From: Candidatus Thorarchaeota archaeon | GTDB taxonomy: Archaea; Asgardarchaeota; Thorarchaeia; Thorarchaeales; Thorarchaeaceae | NCBI GenBank assembly: GCA_048884965.1 | Contig: JBHLQH010000036.1 | Coordinates: 1 to 32,591, forward strand | DNA length: 32,591 nt | Reading direction: 5' to 3' | Shown here: positions 15,756 to 24,326 of the stretch, in pieces | Layout: each line of letters starts with the position of its first letter | Numbering within the stretch: position 1 is the stretch's first letter | Notes under the pieces: generated by a model | Database searches by the model: none | What the model was told of the DNA's origin: nothing | Seen by the model: only the letters and a program-made list of their open reading frames with translations | Translations under genes and position numbers: made by a program

Positions 15756-16881
15756 CCATCAAAGCCTCCTGTTTCGGTTGATGCCTATGGATTGCAAATT
15801 GAAAGAGATTTTCAATTTCTAATGAGAACCTCTCAAAATCTTTGATGTCTTTTTCCGCAAATGAAGATTCAAAGATCTGCAACGATTTCAGAAGCAATCT
15901 ATACGAGAGTAAAGAACCTCTATTGGTAAGCAACAAGCCATGGTATCTATCTCCCTCTGCAACTAGAATTTCGATATCTTCGACTCGGATGCTTTTAACA
16001 CTTCCCGGTTTTTCAAGCGCATCATTGAACACCTGTTGAATACTTGACTGTGCTATTGGGATTCCCATCAAGTCAGATATCGTGTCTTCTGAGTGAAACC
16101 TGTATCGGTATGCTATATCATGAGTAGTTCTCTCTACAAACAGGACTTCGAAGATGTCATAGCTTGACGCAAAGAAGATTGTTGGGTATATAGTAAGCAA
16201 TCGCGCAATGATCCCAGTAAAACCAGCAATCAGAATCATGAACAAGTAGTAGTTCGCACTAAATGGAAGAATATGGATTCCAAATGTAACTGAAATTATC
16301 ATGAATGATCCGAAGAACAGAAGAACTGCCATGAATCCTGCAAAGAGGATTGTCCCCTCACTCCCATAGATCGCCATCTTTCGAATCCTTCGCGCCACTT
16401 CAATCACAATTGGTCCTAGTACAATGCAAAGAAAAAAGAATTCCAAGATAGATAGTCCGATTACATAGGAGCCATAACTTTGCTGCCAGCCTATACCGGT
16501 CCATTCAACTAGATATTGACTAGGTATAAACCGGCTTGCAATAAGGCCCCCTGACAGTATAAATGCTGCATTGATAATCGATTCATTTGGGGTTTTCTTA
16601 ACATATTCAATAGCATGCACCAGAAAGGCAAGAGCGAGCAATCCGAATGATGCCATGAATAGCTGACCTGAGGTAACGAACTGCTCATAATCCTCTGCGG
16701 AGAATAATGCTGGGAAGTAGTATCCTAGGACCATTAAGCAAACACAGGCATAGGCATATGTTGCATACTGGAAGAATTGTGTCTTCAGGTCTAAATAGAG
16801 ACAATATGATATCCGCGTAGCGTAAAGACTAAGTAAAAGCGCTCCTGTTATCAGAATGATTCCGTACGGGTCAACGTTCAC
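15745..16881 (-). CDS. 7TM membrane protein with C-terminal longin-like domain (diverged paralog)
   Basis: Seven TM segments. Shares FxQYA, FGxLAL, NxAFxxSGGLI, WTxxGWxxxY, PTI and VxSIxVxDxExxVxEGxxxxGxL motifs with the downstream gene, which it overlaps by 11 nt. Confidence 0.7.
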   Translation of the reverse strand: MNVDPYGIILITGALLLSLYATRISYCLYLDLKTQFFQYATYAYACVCLMVLGYYFPALFSAEDYEQFVTSGQLFMASFGLLALAFLVHAIEYVKKTPNESIINAAFILSGGLIASRFIPSQYLVEWTGIGWQQSYGSYVIGLSILEFFFLCIVLGPIVIEVARRIRKMAIYGSEGTILFAGFMAVLLFFGSFMIISVTFGIHILPFSANYYLFMILIAGFTGIIARLLTIYPTIFFASSYDIFEVLFVERTTHDIAYRYRFHSEDTISDLMGIPIAQSSIQQVFNDALEKPGSVKSIRVEDIEILVAEGDRYHGLLLTNRGSLLSYRLLLKSLQIFESSFAEKDIKDFERFSLEIENLFQFAIHRHQPKQEALMDGS

Positions 16882-16973
16882 CCAGAATATCTCCCCTGAC
16901 GCGGTTCATGCCATAGTGTGTAACTAAGCTCTTAAGGGCTTCTGTCAATTTACCTGATACTGGTGCTATTCCC

Positions 16974-18158
16974 ATGAAATCTATTCTCGAAGCTGAAAAG
17001 AGCGATCAGGTCTGTTCGATTCTGAAGGAGATAGACTTGGATGCATGGCTTGTATGGGTCAGAGAAACCTCGCAGATGGCTGACCCTGTACTAGAGCTGC
17101 TACTTGGAGCTGACCTCGTTTGGCAATCTGCACTTCTTTTCACTAAAACAGGTGAGAAGATCGCCATCATTGGAAGTCTTGATGCTGAAGGTATTAGATC
17201 TAAGGGCATCTTCAACAAAATAGTTGCCTATGATCAGAGTGTAAGTGATGTCTTGGTGACAGAGCTGAATCGGATAAATCCCTCAAGCATCGGAATAAAC
17301 TATAGCACAAATGATGTTTCAGCGGATGGGCTAACCGTAGGAATGTATAAGATTCTCAAGAAGTATCTAGAACCAACTCCATATTGTGATAAGCTGATTT
17401 CTGCAGAAGCAGTCATTGGTAAGCTTCGAGGGCGTAAGACGCAAGCCGAATTGAAGCGCATCGAGCGTGCTGTGCAAATCACTGAAGATATATTTCGAGA
17501 TGTTCGGAGCGAATTGAAGGTTGGTATGACGGAGTTACGTATATACAACAGAATGCATCAGATGATGTCTGAGCGTGGTGTCACAAGCGCTTGGCATTCG
17601 GACCATAATCCAGCTGTTGACGCTGGTCCCAACAAGGAATTTGGTCACTCAGGTCCCACAAACAACAAGACCAAGGAAGGGCATTTGTTGCATTTTGACT
17701 TCGGGGTCAAATATGATGGGTATTGCTCTGATATTCAGAGGATGTTCTTCTTCGGATCTGCAAAAGAAGTCCCTGATGAGATTCAACACGCCTTTGAAAC
17801 GGTTCGCGATACGATTCAAAAAGCCGCTGATTTTATTCGACCTAGAGTCACCGGAAATGATGTGGATACCCTGGCAAGGGATTTTGTGAAAGAACGTGGC
17901 TATGAAGAATATCGTCATGCTTTGGGGCATCAATTGGGTCGGCTTGCCCATGACGGCGGAACACTCCTTGGTCCATATTGGGAGAAATATGGAGAGAGCC
18001 CAAGTGGACTCCTTGAGGTCGGGAATGTCTTCACACTTGAGCTCTATGTGACGACTGAAAATTACGGTCAGGTTAGCTTGGAGGAGGATATAGTAGTGAC
18101 GAAAGATGGCTGTAGATTCTTATCAAACCCTCAGAAGCAATTAATTTTCGTGTCTTAG
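16974..18158 (+). CDS. Xaa-Pro peptidase (M24B family metallopeptidase)
   Basis: LRGRKTQAEL, GHSGP, HFDFGVKYDGYCSDIQR, HALGHQLGRLAHD, VFTLE and LEEDIVVT carry the M24 metal ligands D, D, H, E, E. Confidence 0.92.
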   Translation: MKSILEAEKSDQVCSILKEIDLDAWLVWVRETSQMADPVLELLLGADLVWQSALLFTKTGEKIAIIGSLDAEGIRSKGIFNKIVAYDQSVSDVLVTELNRINPSSIGINYSTNDVSADGLTVGMYKILKKYLEPTPYCDKLISAEAVIGKLRGRKTQAELKRIERAVQITEDIFRDVRSELKVGMTELRIYNRMHQMMSERGVTSAWHSDHNPAVDAGPNKEFGHSGPTNNKTKEGHLLHFDFGVKYDGYCSDIQRMFFFGSAKEVPDEIQHAFETVRDTIQKAADFIRPRVTGNDVDTLARDFVKERGYEEYRHALGHQLGRLAHDGGTLLGPYWEKYGESPSGLLEVGNVFTLELYVTTENYGQVSLEEDIVVTKDGCRFLSNPQKQLIFVS

Positions 18159-18242
18159 CTAACTTATCCTAATTTACAAAAACCTATATCTGAATAAATC
18201 CAATATCTAGTAAATATATTCGCATATTAGAAGGTCAAGCAT

Positions 18243-18416
18243 GTGTCTGAAGCCACCAAAAGATTGAGGGAAGAGTATCTACACAACTACATCATGCGTA
18301 CGTGGATATCAGCCAAGCTACAGAAGCTCAATGCTGAGCAGGTCAAGCAACTCTATGGAATAGTAAAGGAGTGGACTGGGGAGGAAGCCGATTTTACGAA
18401 ACCCAATGCAGTGTGA
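18243..18416 (+). CDS. Small hypothetical protein (57 aa), not in the ORF track
   Basis: GTG...TGA reading MSEATKRLREEYLHNYIMRTWISAKLQKLNAEQVKQLYGIVKEWTGEEADFTKPNAV. It fills the gap, has TAAATATA about 30 nt upstream, and its stop abuts the LarE stop. Confidence 0.6.
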   Translation: MSEATKRLREEYLHNYIMRTWISAKLQKLNAEQVKQLYGIVKEWTGEEADFTKPNAV

Positions 18417-19217
18417 TCATTCATCCATTGATCCTGTACGATATCCTTTTGCATCGAACGTGATGTGTGCAAACCCAATTGACTTGCCAATCGAGTGAAT
18501 TCTATCTAGTTTCTCGATATCAAAGAGTTTCTTTCTCTCTTCAGCTCCAATCTCAATTCTTACAATATCACCATGGTATCGAGCTCGCACTGTTTTTACT
18601 TCGAATATCTCCATGATGGCACATTCCATTCTCTCAACCATGTCTAGTTTCTCTTGAGTCACTCGGGTTCCATAAGGAAATCTTGTGGCTAAGCATGCCA
18701 TTGATGGTGATTCCGCTACTGACACACCTTTCTCTCGCAAGAACTGGCGAATCTCAATCTTAGTAAGACCGGCTTCTAAAAGAGGTGATAGCACACCTTC
18801 CTCCTGAAGTGCAGCAGCTCCAGGTCTATAGCCCTGCATCTCAGTGGCATTTGACCCTTCAACAACCATCTCTATTCCCCGTTGATGAGCAATCATTTTC
18901 CAGATCTGTGCTAATTGTTTCTTACAGAGATAACACCTATTCTTTGGATTCTCTGCAAGATTCTCACTACCCAACCAATCTACTGCCACTTCTTCATGTT
19001 CAAGTCCCAACTCCTCTGCAACTTTCTTGGCGGATATCTTCTCAGCGGATGGAACAGTTGGGCTATTTACAGTCAACAGGAGAACTTTTTCAGCTACTTC
19101 CTTAGCAAGCGAAGCAAGTGCGGTACTGTCTACGCCGCCACTGAATGCTACCAAGACCTTTTTCCTCTTCATTATGTTCCGAACAGTTTCTAATTTCTCA
19201 TCAAATAGGACGTTCAT
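18417..19217 (-). CDS. larE: LarE-family ATP-dependent sulfur transferase (PP-loop), Cys-rich type
   Basis: VAFSGGVDST, NPKNRCYLCK, EGSNATE, YRPG, SPLLEAGLTKIEIR, SMACLATRFPYG, VRARYHG, GYRTGSMDE. Start placed at ATG 19217, with a BRE/TATA-like AAACCTTAAG about 30-40 nt upstream; the ORF-track start is 19304. Confidence 0.88.
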   Translation of the reverse strand: MNVLFDEKLETVRNIMKRKKVLVAFSGGVDSTALASLAKEVAEKVLLLTVNSPTVPSAEKISAKKVAEELGLEHEEVAVDWLGSENLAENPKNRCYLCKKQLAQIWKMIAHQRGIEMVVEGSNATEMQGYRPGAAALQEEGVLSPLLEAGLTKIEIRQFLREKGVSVAESPSMACLATRFPYGTRVTQEKLDMVERMECAIMEIFEVKTVRARYHGDIVRIEIGAEERKKLFDIEKLDRIHSIGKSIGFAHITFDAKGYRTGSMDE

Positions 19218-19308
19218 GATGCTCGGTTTGAATGCGATATTACATATCTTAAGGTTTGACAAAGGACACAAGGTTTGATCTTGGACACTCGAGTTGCTAA
19301 TCATTTAT

Positions 19309-20241
19309 TCAATCCTTATGGTGCCAAAGTCCCTCTTGCTCTAATAGTCGTTCTAGGCGTATCTGACTCAATGTCTTTCCAACGATTGCGTTATAATATG
19401 TCATCGCAAAGCAGCGCTGAACTCCGGGAAGGTTCAACACTGCCATAGCTATTGGCTCCATATCTACTACTTTTTCTACAGTAAAAACTCCAAAGATTGT
19501 TGATTGAGATTCTACTACTCTTGAATTGAAATAGGAAACCGGATATTCACTATCTAACCAACTCGTGATATCATTAGCGGTTGTAATATCTTTGTCATAC
19601 TTGATCGTCATGGTGAATGCGGTATCTTTACCAAGGTTTGGATTCCATCGAAAGCCAACAGCTATCTTTCTATCGCCTTCAAGTTTCTGTAATACCTGCT
19701 TGACCTTCTTGGTACTCCATCCTAAATTCGTGGCAATATCATAGTCTATCATTCTTGGATTGACTGCTAATTGTCCGATGACACGAAGCTCGTTCTCTGT
19801 GAACTCAGGCATCTCTGGAAGATGTGACCTGCTTTCAAGCAGAACATCATGGACCTCAACTCCTTCAACGCCAGGAATCGATCCAATAAGCTGCGATAAT
19901 GCTACTAAATCGGACTCTTCTACATAATCGCAACTGACATAGTAATTACCATCAATAAAAGGCAATATCATATACACGCCTTCTACTTGCATCACAACAT
20001 CTCTGAATACATCAATTCTTACTGACGCATCAGTGAACACCATCAGTGTTGCTAATCTTAGATTGACTAAATCAGGATTAAGCATTACTACGAATCTATC
20101 AATGAATCCTGATGCCTCAAAATTATCTAATCTTTTTTTCACAGAAGAAGCTGATAGGTTGATTCTCGCTCCAAGATTACGATAGCTGATTCTGCCATTC
20201 CGAATCAATTCCAGCAATATTTTCTTATCTAGAGCGTCCAT
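19309..20241 (-). CDS. Lrp/AsnC-type regulator with two tandem wHTH-RAM modules
   Basis: MDALDKKILLELIRNGRISYRNLGARINLSASSVKKRLDNFEASGFIDRF and FTENELRVIGQLAVNPRMIDYDIATNLGWSTKKVKQVLQKLE. Confidence 0.85.
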   Translation of the reverse strand: MDALDKKILLELIRNGRISYRNLGARINLSASSVKKRLDNFEASGFIDRFVVMLNPDLVNLRLATLMVFTDASVRIDVFRDVVMQVEGVYMILPFIDGNYYVSCDYVEESDLVALSQLIGSIPGVEGVEVHDVLLESRSHLPEMPEFTENELRVIGQLAVNPRMIDYDIATNLGWSTKKVKQVLQKLEGDRKIAVGFRWNPNLGKDTAFTMTIKYDKDITTANDITSWLDSEYPVSYFNSRVVESQSTIFGVFTVEKVVDMEPIAMAVLNLPGVQRCFAMTYYNAIVGKTLSQIRLERLLEQEGLWHHKD

Positions 20242-20343
20242 ATACCCAAACCTCAGTGAATGTATGGTAGGGCATCCTCTGCTCTATCTGATTAACTTCC
20301 CGATTAGCGATAAATCTCATATGTGTCCATTTGAGCATATTAT

Positions 20344-21444
20344 TCAGAAAAACACATTTTGTGCTTCTTTGTGATTGGCTTCGGAATACATATGGCATGA
20401 AGCAAAGTGGCTCTTGTCTATTTCTACAGATTTTGGCTTTGTGCTGCAACAAATGTCTGACACGTACGGACATCGGGGATGAAATGCGCAACCTTGAGGT
20501 ATCTCCCTTGGGTTTGGAGGAGCGCCAGAAATTCCATGTAATTTTGGCCGCTCCCCGCCTGCAGCCAATCGCATCATTGCGATTGTTGGAAAGGAAGACA
20601 TCAGTCCTTGCGAGTAGGGATGCTTTGGTCTGTGGAATATCTCTTCTGCTGATCCCACTTCAACTATCCTTCCTGCATACATAATTCCGATACGGTCTGC
20701 CAGTTCAGCTATGACTCCAACGTCATGAGTCGCAATAACGAGCGCTACCTCGAATTCCTCTTTCACCATCTGAAGGAGACCAATCACTTCTCTTTGGACT
20801 GTTACATCCAGGGCGGAAGTAGGCTCATCGGCCATGACCAAATATGGAGCCGCAATTAGTGCCATCGCCAGTTTGATTCTTTGCGCCTCACCCCCCGAGA
20901 ATTTGCCAGGATCTAAGACATACCTGTCCTTTGCATCTGCAAGGCTTACTAGGTCCAGATACTCCAGTACTCTCTCCTTCATCTTCTCTGTCCGCAGATC
21001 TGTTTCGTGAATCTCTAGAGGCTCAGCTGTCTGCTTTCCTATGCTGAAGATGGGTGTTAGTGCACTGCCGAGTCCTTGAGGTATATACGCAATGTGTTTT
21101 CCAAGAAATTTCGCCCGTTCACGGTCACTGAGCGCGAGGAGATCAATGCCTCGATACATTGAACGACCAGTTACTGTCTTGTTCCATGTTTCCTTAGATT
21201 CATAATCTAGCTGAAATGGGAATATCCAATCATCTTGTATCTTCGCATCCTTGAATCTATGAGTTACTTGGAATAGTCCTAGTGCCGATGTCAGGAGTGA
21301 AGATTTGCCGCATCCTGACTCTCCGAGAATGCCAAAACACTCTCTGGGCTGCAAAGTGATTGATACACTATCGACAAGTACCAAGTCACCTTTATGGCTT
21401 GGAATGACCGCTCGTATGTTATCCAATTCGAACAGGTTCTTCAA
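20344..21444 (-). CDS. Oligopeptide/dipeptide ABC transporter ATPase (OppD/DppD family)
   Basis: Walker A GESGCGKS, Q-loop YIPQ, signature FSGGEAQR, Walker B VMADEPTSALD, THD, PKHPYSQGL, and C-terminal GCAFHPRCP...C...CH. Confidence 0.92.
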   Translation of the reverse strand: MKNLFELDNIRAVIPSHKGDLVLVDSVSITLQPRECFGILGESGCGKSSLLTSALGLFQVTHRFKDAKIQDDWIFPFQLDYESKETWNKTVTGRSMYRGIDLLALSDRERAKFLGKHIAYIPQGLGSALTPIFSIGKQTAEPLEIHETDLRTEKMKERVLEYLDLVSLADAKDRYVLDPGKFSGGEAQRIKLAMALIAAPYLVMADEPTSALDVTVQREVIGLLQMVKEEFEVALVIATHDVGVIAELADRIGIMYAGRIVEVGSAEEIFHRPKHPYSQGLMSSFPTIAMMRLAAGGERPKLHGISGAPPNPREIPQGCAFHPRCPYVSDICCSTKPKSVEIDKSHFASCHMYSEANHKEAQNVFF

Positions 21445-21451
21445 AACACAC

Positions 21452-21952
21452 TCACCCTCTGCCAGTATTTTCCCAGATTAGCCATCCTATGAAGATTTGA
21501 GAGCATCCTGTTACTCCATAGATGACGGGTGCTGCTGGTCTTGATAATCCTAATATCAAACCTATTAGAATGATCCAAAGTCCAGCTATGACTTCAGCTA
21601 ATATGATAGCAATGGCAGCCTTTGGACGCCCGAAAATTAGATTCATACCATTCATTTGAACTGCGACTCGCTCAGAAAGGGTTTCTCGATTCGAATCGAG
21701 GACCTCAATGCTAGAAATCTCCAAGATTTTGGATCCAACATATTGAATTCTCACAAGGTCCCCTATGTCTGGAACAACACCCTTTGCATACTGGCCATAA
21801 TGAAATTCCTTTCGACCTTCGTCTTCTCCTCTTAATGTGATCCTTCCTGAAGTGAATCCCGCCCATGCACCGAAATCCAATCCGATAACTATGCCTTCTG
21901 TAATCTTGGTACCTGGCGTGACTAAAGGTAGAGAATCTTGAGAGGTTGTCAA
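21452..21952 (-). CDS. Hypothetical membrane protein (N-terminal OB-like beta domain, two C-terminal TM helices)
   Basis: Beta-rich N-terminus (VPDIGDLVRIQY) and hydrophobic AAIAIILAEVIAGLWIILIGLILGL and VIYGVTGCSQIFIGWLIW. TTG start overlaps the upstream stop by 4 nt. Confidence 0.65.
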   Translation of the reverse strand: MTTSQDSLPLVTPGTKITEGIVIGLDFGAWAGFTSGRITLRGEDEGRKEFHYGQYAKGVVPDIGDLVRIQYVGSKILEISSIEVLDSNRETLSERVAVQMNGMNLIFGRPKAAIAIILAEVIAGLWIILIGLILGLSRPAAPVIYGVTGCSQIFIGWLIWENTGRG

Positions 21953-22377
21953 TAGACCTCAACTCTCGTGTCTTCTTTTTGATCCATAGACACCTCAACA
22001 TGAGATTTCTCTTCACTGAAGAATTCTATAATTTCCACAGAAGTAGGAGTTCCAATCATGGTCTTATTATTCCCTTCAAGTCTGGGGACTTTTCCTTTTG
22101 ACTGGATTCTTTTTCTGAATCCGTATTTTGAAACATCAATAACTTTCAATGTCCAATCCATCTTATCACATGCTCGAATTGCTGCATCTAGAAGCATGGC
22201 TTGTTGTGGTTCGAAGAGGGCAGCTTCAGAACCCATTCGGTCATAGGCTCCTGTTCTCATGGGACTAGCGCATTGATGTCCCAATGACTCAATATCTGCA
22301 CTGGAAGTGGATATCTTCATGGATTTTATGTAGAGTGTAAGTATTGGCTTCATCAATTGGGATTTCTCACCTATCAT
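21949..22377 (-). CDS. Hypothetical protein, possibly thioredoxin/glutaredoxin-like fold
   Basis: ILTLYIK...LKVIDVS...KVPRL...IGTPT pattern resembles a Trx fold with cis-Pro but has no CxxC. Start may be ATG 22353. Confidence 0.55.
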   Translation of the reverse strand: MIGEKSQLMKPILTLYIKSMKISTSSADIESLGHQCASPMRTGAYDRMGSEAALFEPQQAMLLDAAIRACDKMDWTLKVIDVSKYGFRKRIQSKGKVPRLEGNNKTMIGTPTSVEIIEFFSEEKSHVEVSMDQKEDTRVEVY

Positions 22378-22461
22378 ATTTCTTTAGATATGAAAGTAAT
22401 CCCTCGGGATGTATATAATGAGGTGTTTCAATGCGAGAGAACACCTCTTCCGTCGTTTCAC

Positions 22462-24306
22462 TCAATTTTCAGACATATAGGGGTCTTCATCAATATCGAT
22501 TCCAAAGTATCCCATATCCTCAAGAATCTCATCCATGGCTTGAGCTCCTGAAACCCATGTTACCTTCCATTTGTGTTCAGGTGTCAGGATAAGCTCAACA
22601 TCTGGAAGGTCTCCCAGAAGATTGTGGTTCATCTCAATAACATCCTGATATGCTCCCGTCAAAGCGATAACAAAGTATGACCCTTGGACGTTCTTCAGGT
22701 AACCTACAGGTATTCCTGTCCCCATCTCTTGATCTGGCATAGCGACAGGTCTGTAGTCCCTTGTAAACCACACCTCCCCAACATCCTTCCGATGGAATTG
22801 AGATATCTCTCCATCAGAATCACAAGTTATGTCCGCCAACCTGATGGTAGTTTCAGGTCTCACGTGGAGGTCTCTGACAGGTATAATTGGAAAATGCTGC
22901 TGAACTAAGACATGGTCTCCTGCTGCATTGAAGACACTAAAGTTGCCTATGACCAAATGATCTGGGTGCCAAATATCCTCGATAATCCTATCGGATCTAA
23001 GGCTCTTACTTCCAACTCTGGCCAAGTCTCTTCGCATCTCAGCTCTCATCTCTCCAATGAACTGCTCCTTCTCTCTCAATGAATCAAGGGAATCTGGTGT
23101 AAAGCTCCAGCTTGAGAGAAACTCGTTCCACACATCTACGAGTTCTGTGAAAGAAGTGGATTGTGCCATTTTCGTCGTCCAACTCTTCTTCTCAGATTCA
23201 AGCTCATCGGTCAGTCCATCACTTTGTGGAAAGACAGATCTGACTTCTAATGCCTTGATGACTACCATTGAGTATAGTGCGGTGATTCCTCTTCCAGATT
23301 CGATCATTACATCTGGCTGTAGTCTGCTTTCGTTTAGCTCCTCCATCCCTTCCATTATCCCGCTAATGAGCGAATGTGCATAGAGTTCCATGAGGTTCTC
23401 CTCATGTGAACTAGTGTAATCAATAGGCAGACCTCCACCGAAGTCAATTCGGTGTAATCTATCGAGACCTGCATCTTTCAGTTCATAGAACACTTTGGTC
23501 ATGAATTTGGCGAAACCATGGAAATCTTCGATTGCAGTGATTTGCGAGCCCACATGTCCAAGAACCGTCGAAACCGAATCCTCAAATCCACGCTCTTTCA
23601 AGAGGGAAATTACGTCAAATAGGTCGTGAATACTAAGTCCGAATTTGGAGTCTCTTCCTGCGGAATGCGACCAATGTCCTCTTACCCTCAAATAGGGCTT
23701 TATTCGAAGCACGAGGTTCGTTTCATGTGGCTTCAGAAGGTCAACAATTAGATTGGCTTCATGAAGTGATTCGATGGAAATGGCGATATTGTATCCCTCC
23801 CTTACGAACTCCTCAATCGTGCGTAGGTACTCAGGATCCTTTGCGCCATTACAGATTATCAACCGGTCCTTTTCGTTCTTAATGACGCTCTTGATTAGGA
23901 AGAGCTCAGCCTTTGTGCCAGCTTCAAGACCATAGTTTCGATCTGCTTGGAGGACAGGAATTACGCAGTCCTTTCTTTGGTTGACCTTTACTGGATATAC
24001 AGCTCCGAACTGGCCTGAGTAATCTAGATCGCCCATAACCCTATAGAATGCTGATTTCAGCTTCTTGATCTGGAAATGAATTAGCTGGGGCATACGGAGA
24101 GTGAATGAGGATGTATATGCAGTCTTTGATCCATTCTCCAAAATAATTTGGGAAATTAGTTCATTGAAGTCAATTGTTTTACCCATGAAATTGATGAAAA
24201 GGTCTCCCTCTTCACTGATATCCAAGAACTGCAAGTCTTTCTTTCCAAGTCCGAAGACAACCCGTGACTTTTCTATCGTCCACTCTTTTGCATCCACCAA
24301 TGTCAC
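22462..24306 (-). CDS. speA: Biosynthetic arginine decarboxylase (PLP fold-type III)
   Basis: YPVKVNQ (PLP Lys), YGLEAGTKAEL, ICNGAKDPEY, SKFGLS, HVGSQI, DFGGGLPIDY, ESGRG, NFSVF, QHFPIIP, LADITCDSDGEI, GAYQDV...HNL. Confidence 0.9.
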   Translation of the reverse strand: MTLVDAKEWTIEKSRVVFGLGKKDLQFLDISEEGDLFINFMGKTIDFNELISQIILENGSKTAYTSSFTLRMPQLIHFQIKKLKSAFYRVMGDLDYSGQFGAVYPVKVNQRKDCVIPVLQADRNYGLEAGTKAELFLIKSVIKNEKDRLIICNGAKDPEYLRTIEEFVREGYNIAISIESLHEANLIVDLLKPHETNLVLRIKPYLRVRGHWSHSAGRDSKFGLSIHDLFDVISLLKERGFEDSVSTVLGHVGSQITAIEDFHGFAKFMTKVFYELKDAGLDRLHRIDFGGGLPIDYTSSHEENLMELYAHSLISGIMEGMEELNESRLQPDVMIESGRGITALYSMVVIKALEVRSVFPQSDGLTDELESEKKSWTTKMAQSTSFTELVDVWNEFLSSWSFTPDSLDSLREKEQFIGEMRAEMRRDLARVGSKSLRSDRIIEDIWHPDHLVIGNFSVFNAAGDHVLVQQHFPIIPVRDLHVRPETTIRLADITCDSDGEISQFHRKDVGEVWFTRDYRPVAMPDQEMGTGIPVGYLKNVQGSYFVIALTGAYQDVIEMNHNLLGDLPDVELILTPEHKWKVTWVSGAQAMDEILEDMGYFGIDIDEDPYMSEN

Positions 24307-24326
24307 TTCCCGAAGGACTGGAGTCC

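Noticed and set aside
14652-16881. 7TM proteins as rhodopsins or true GPCRs
   Set aside because: No retinal-binding Lys within TM7 (no DxxxK or SxxxK) and no DRY or NPxxY motifs; seven helices alone do not show homology.
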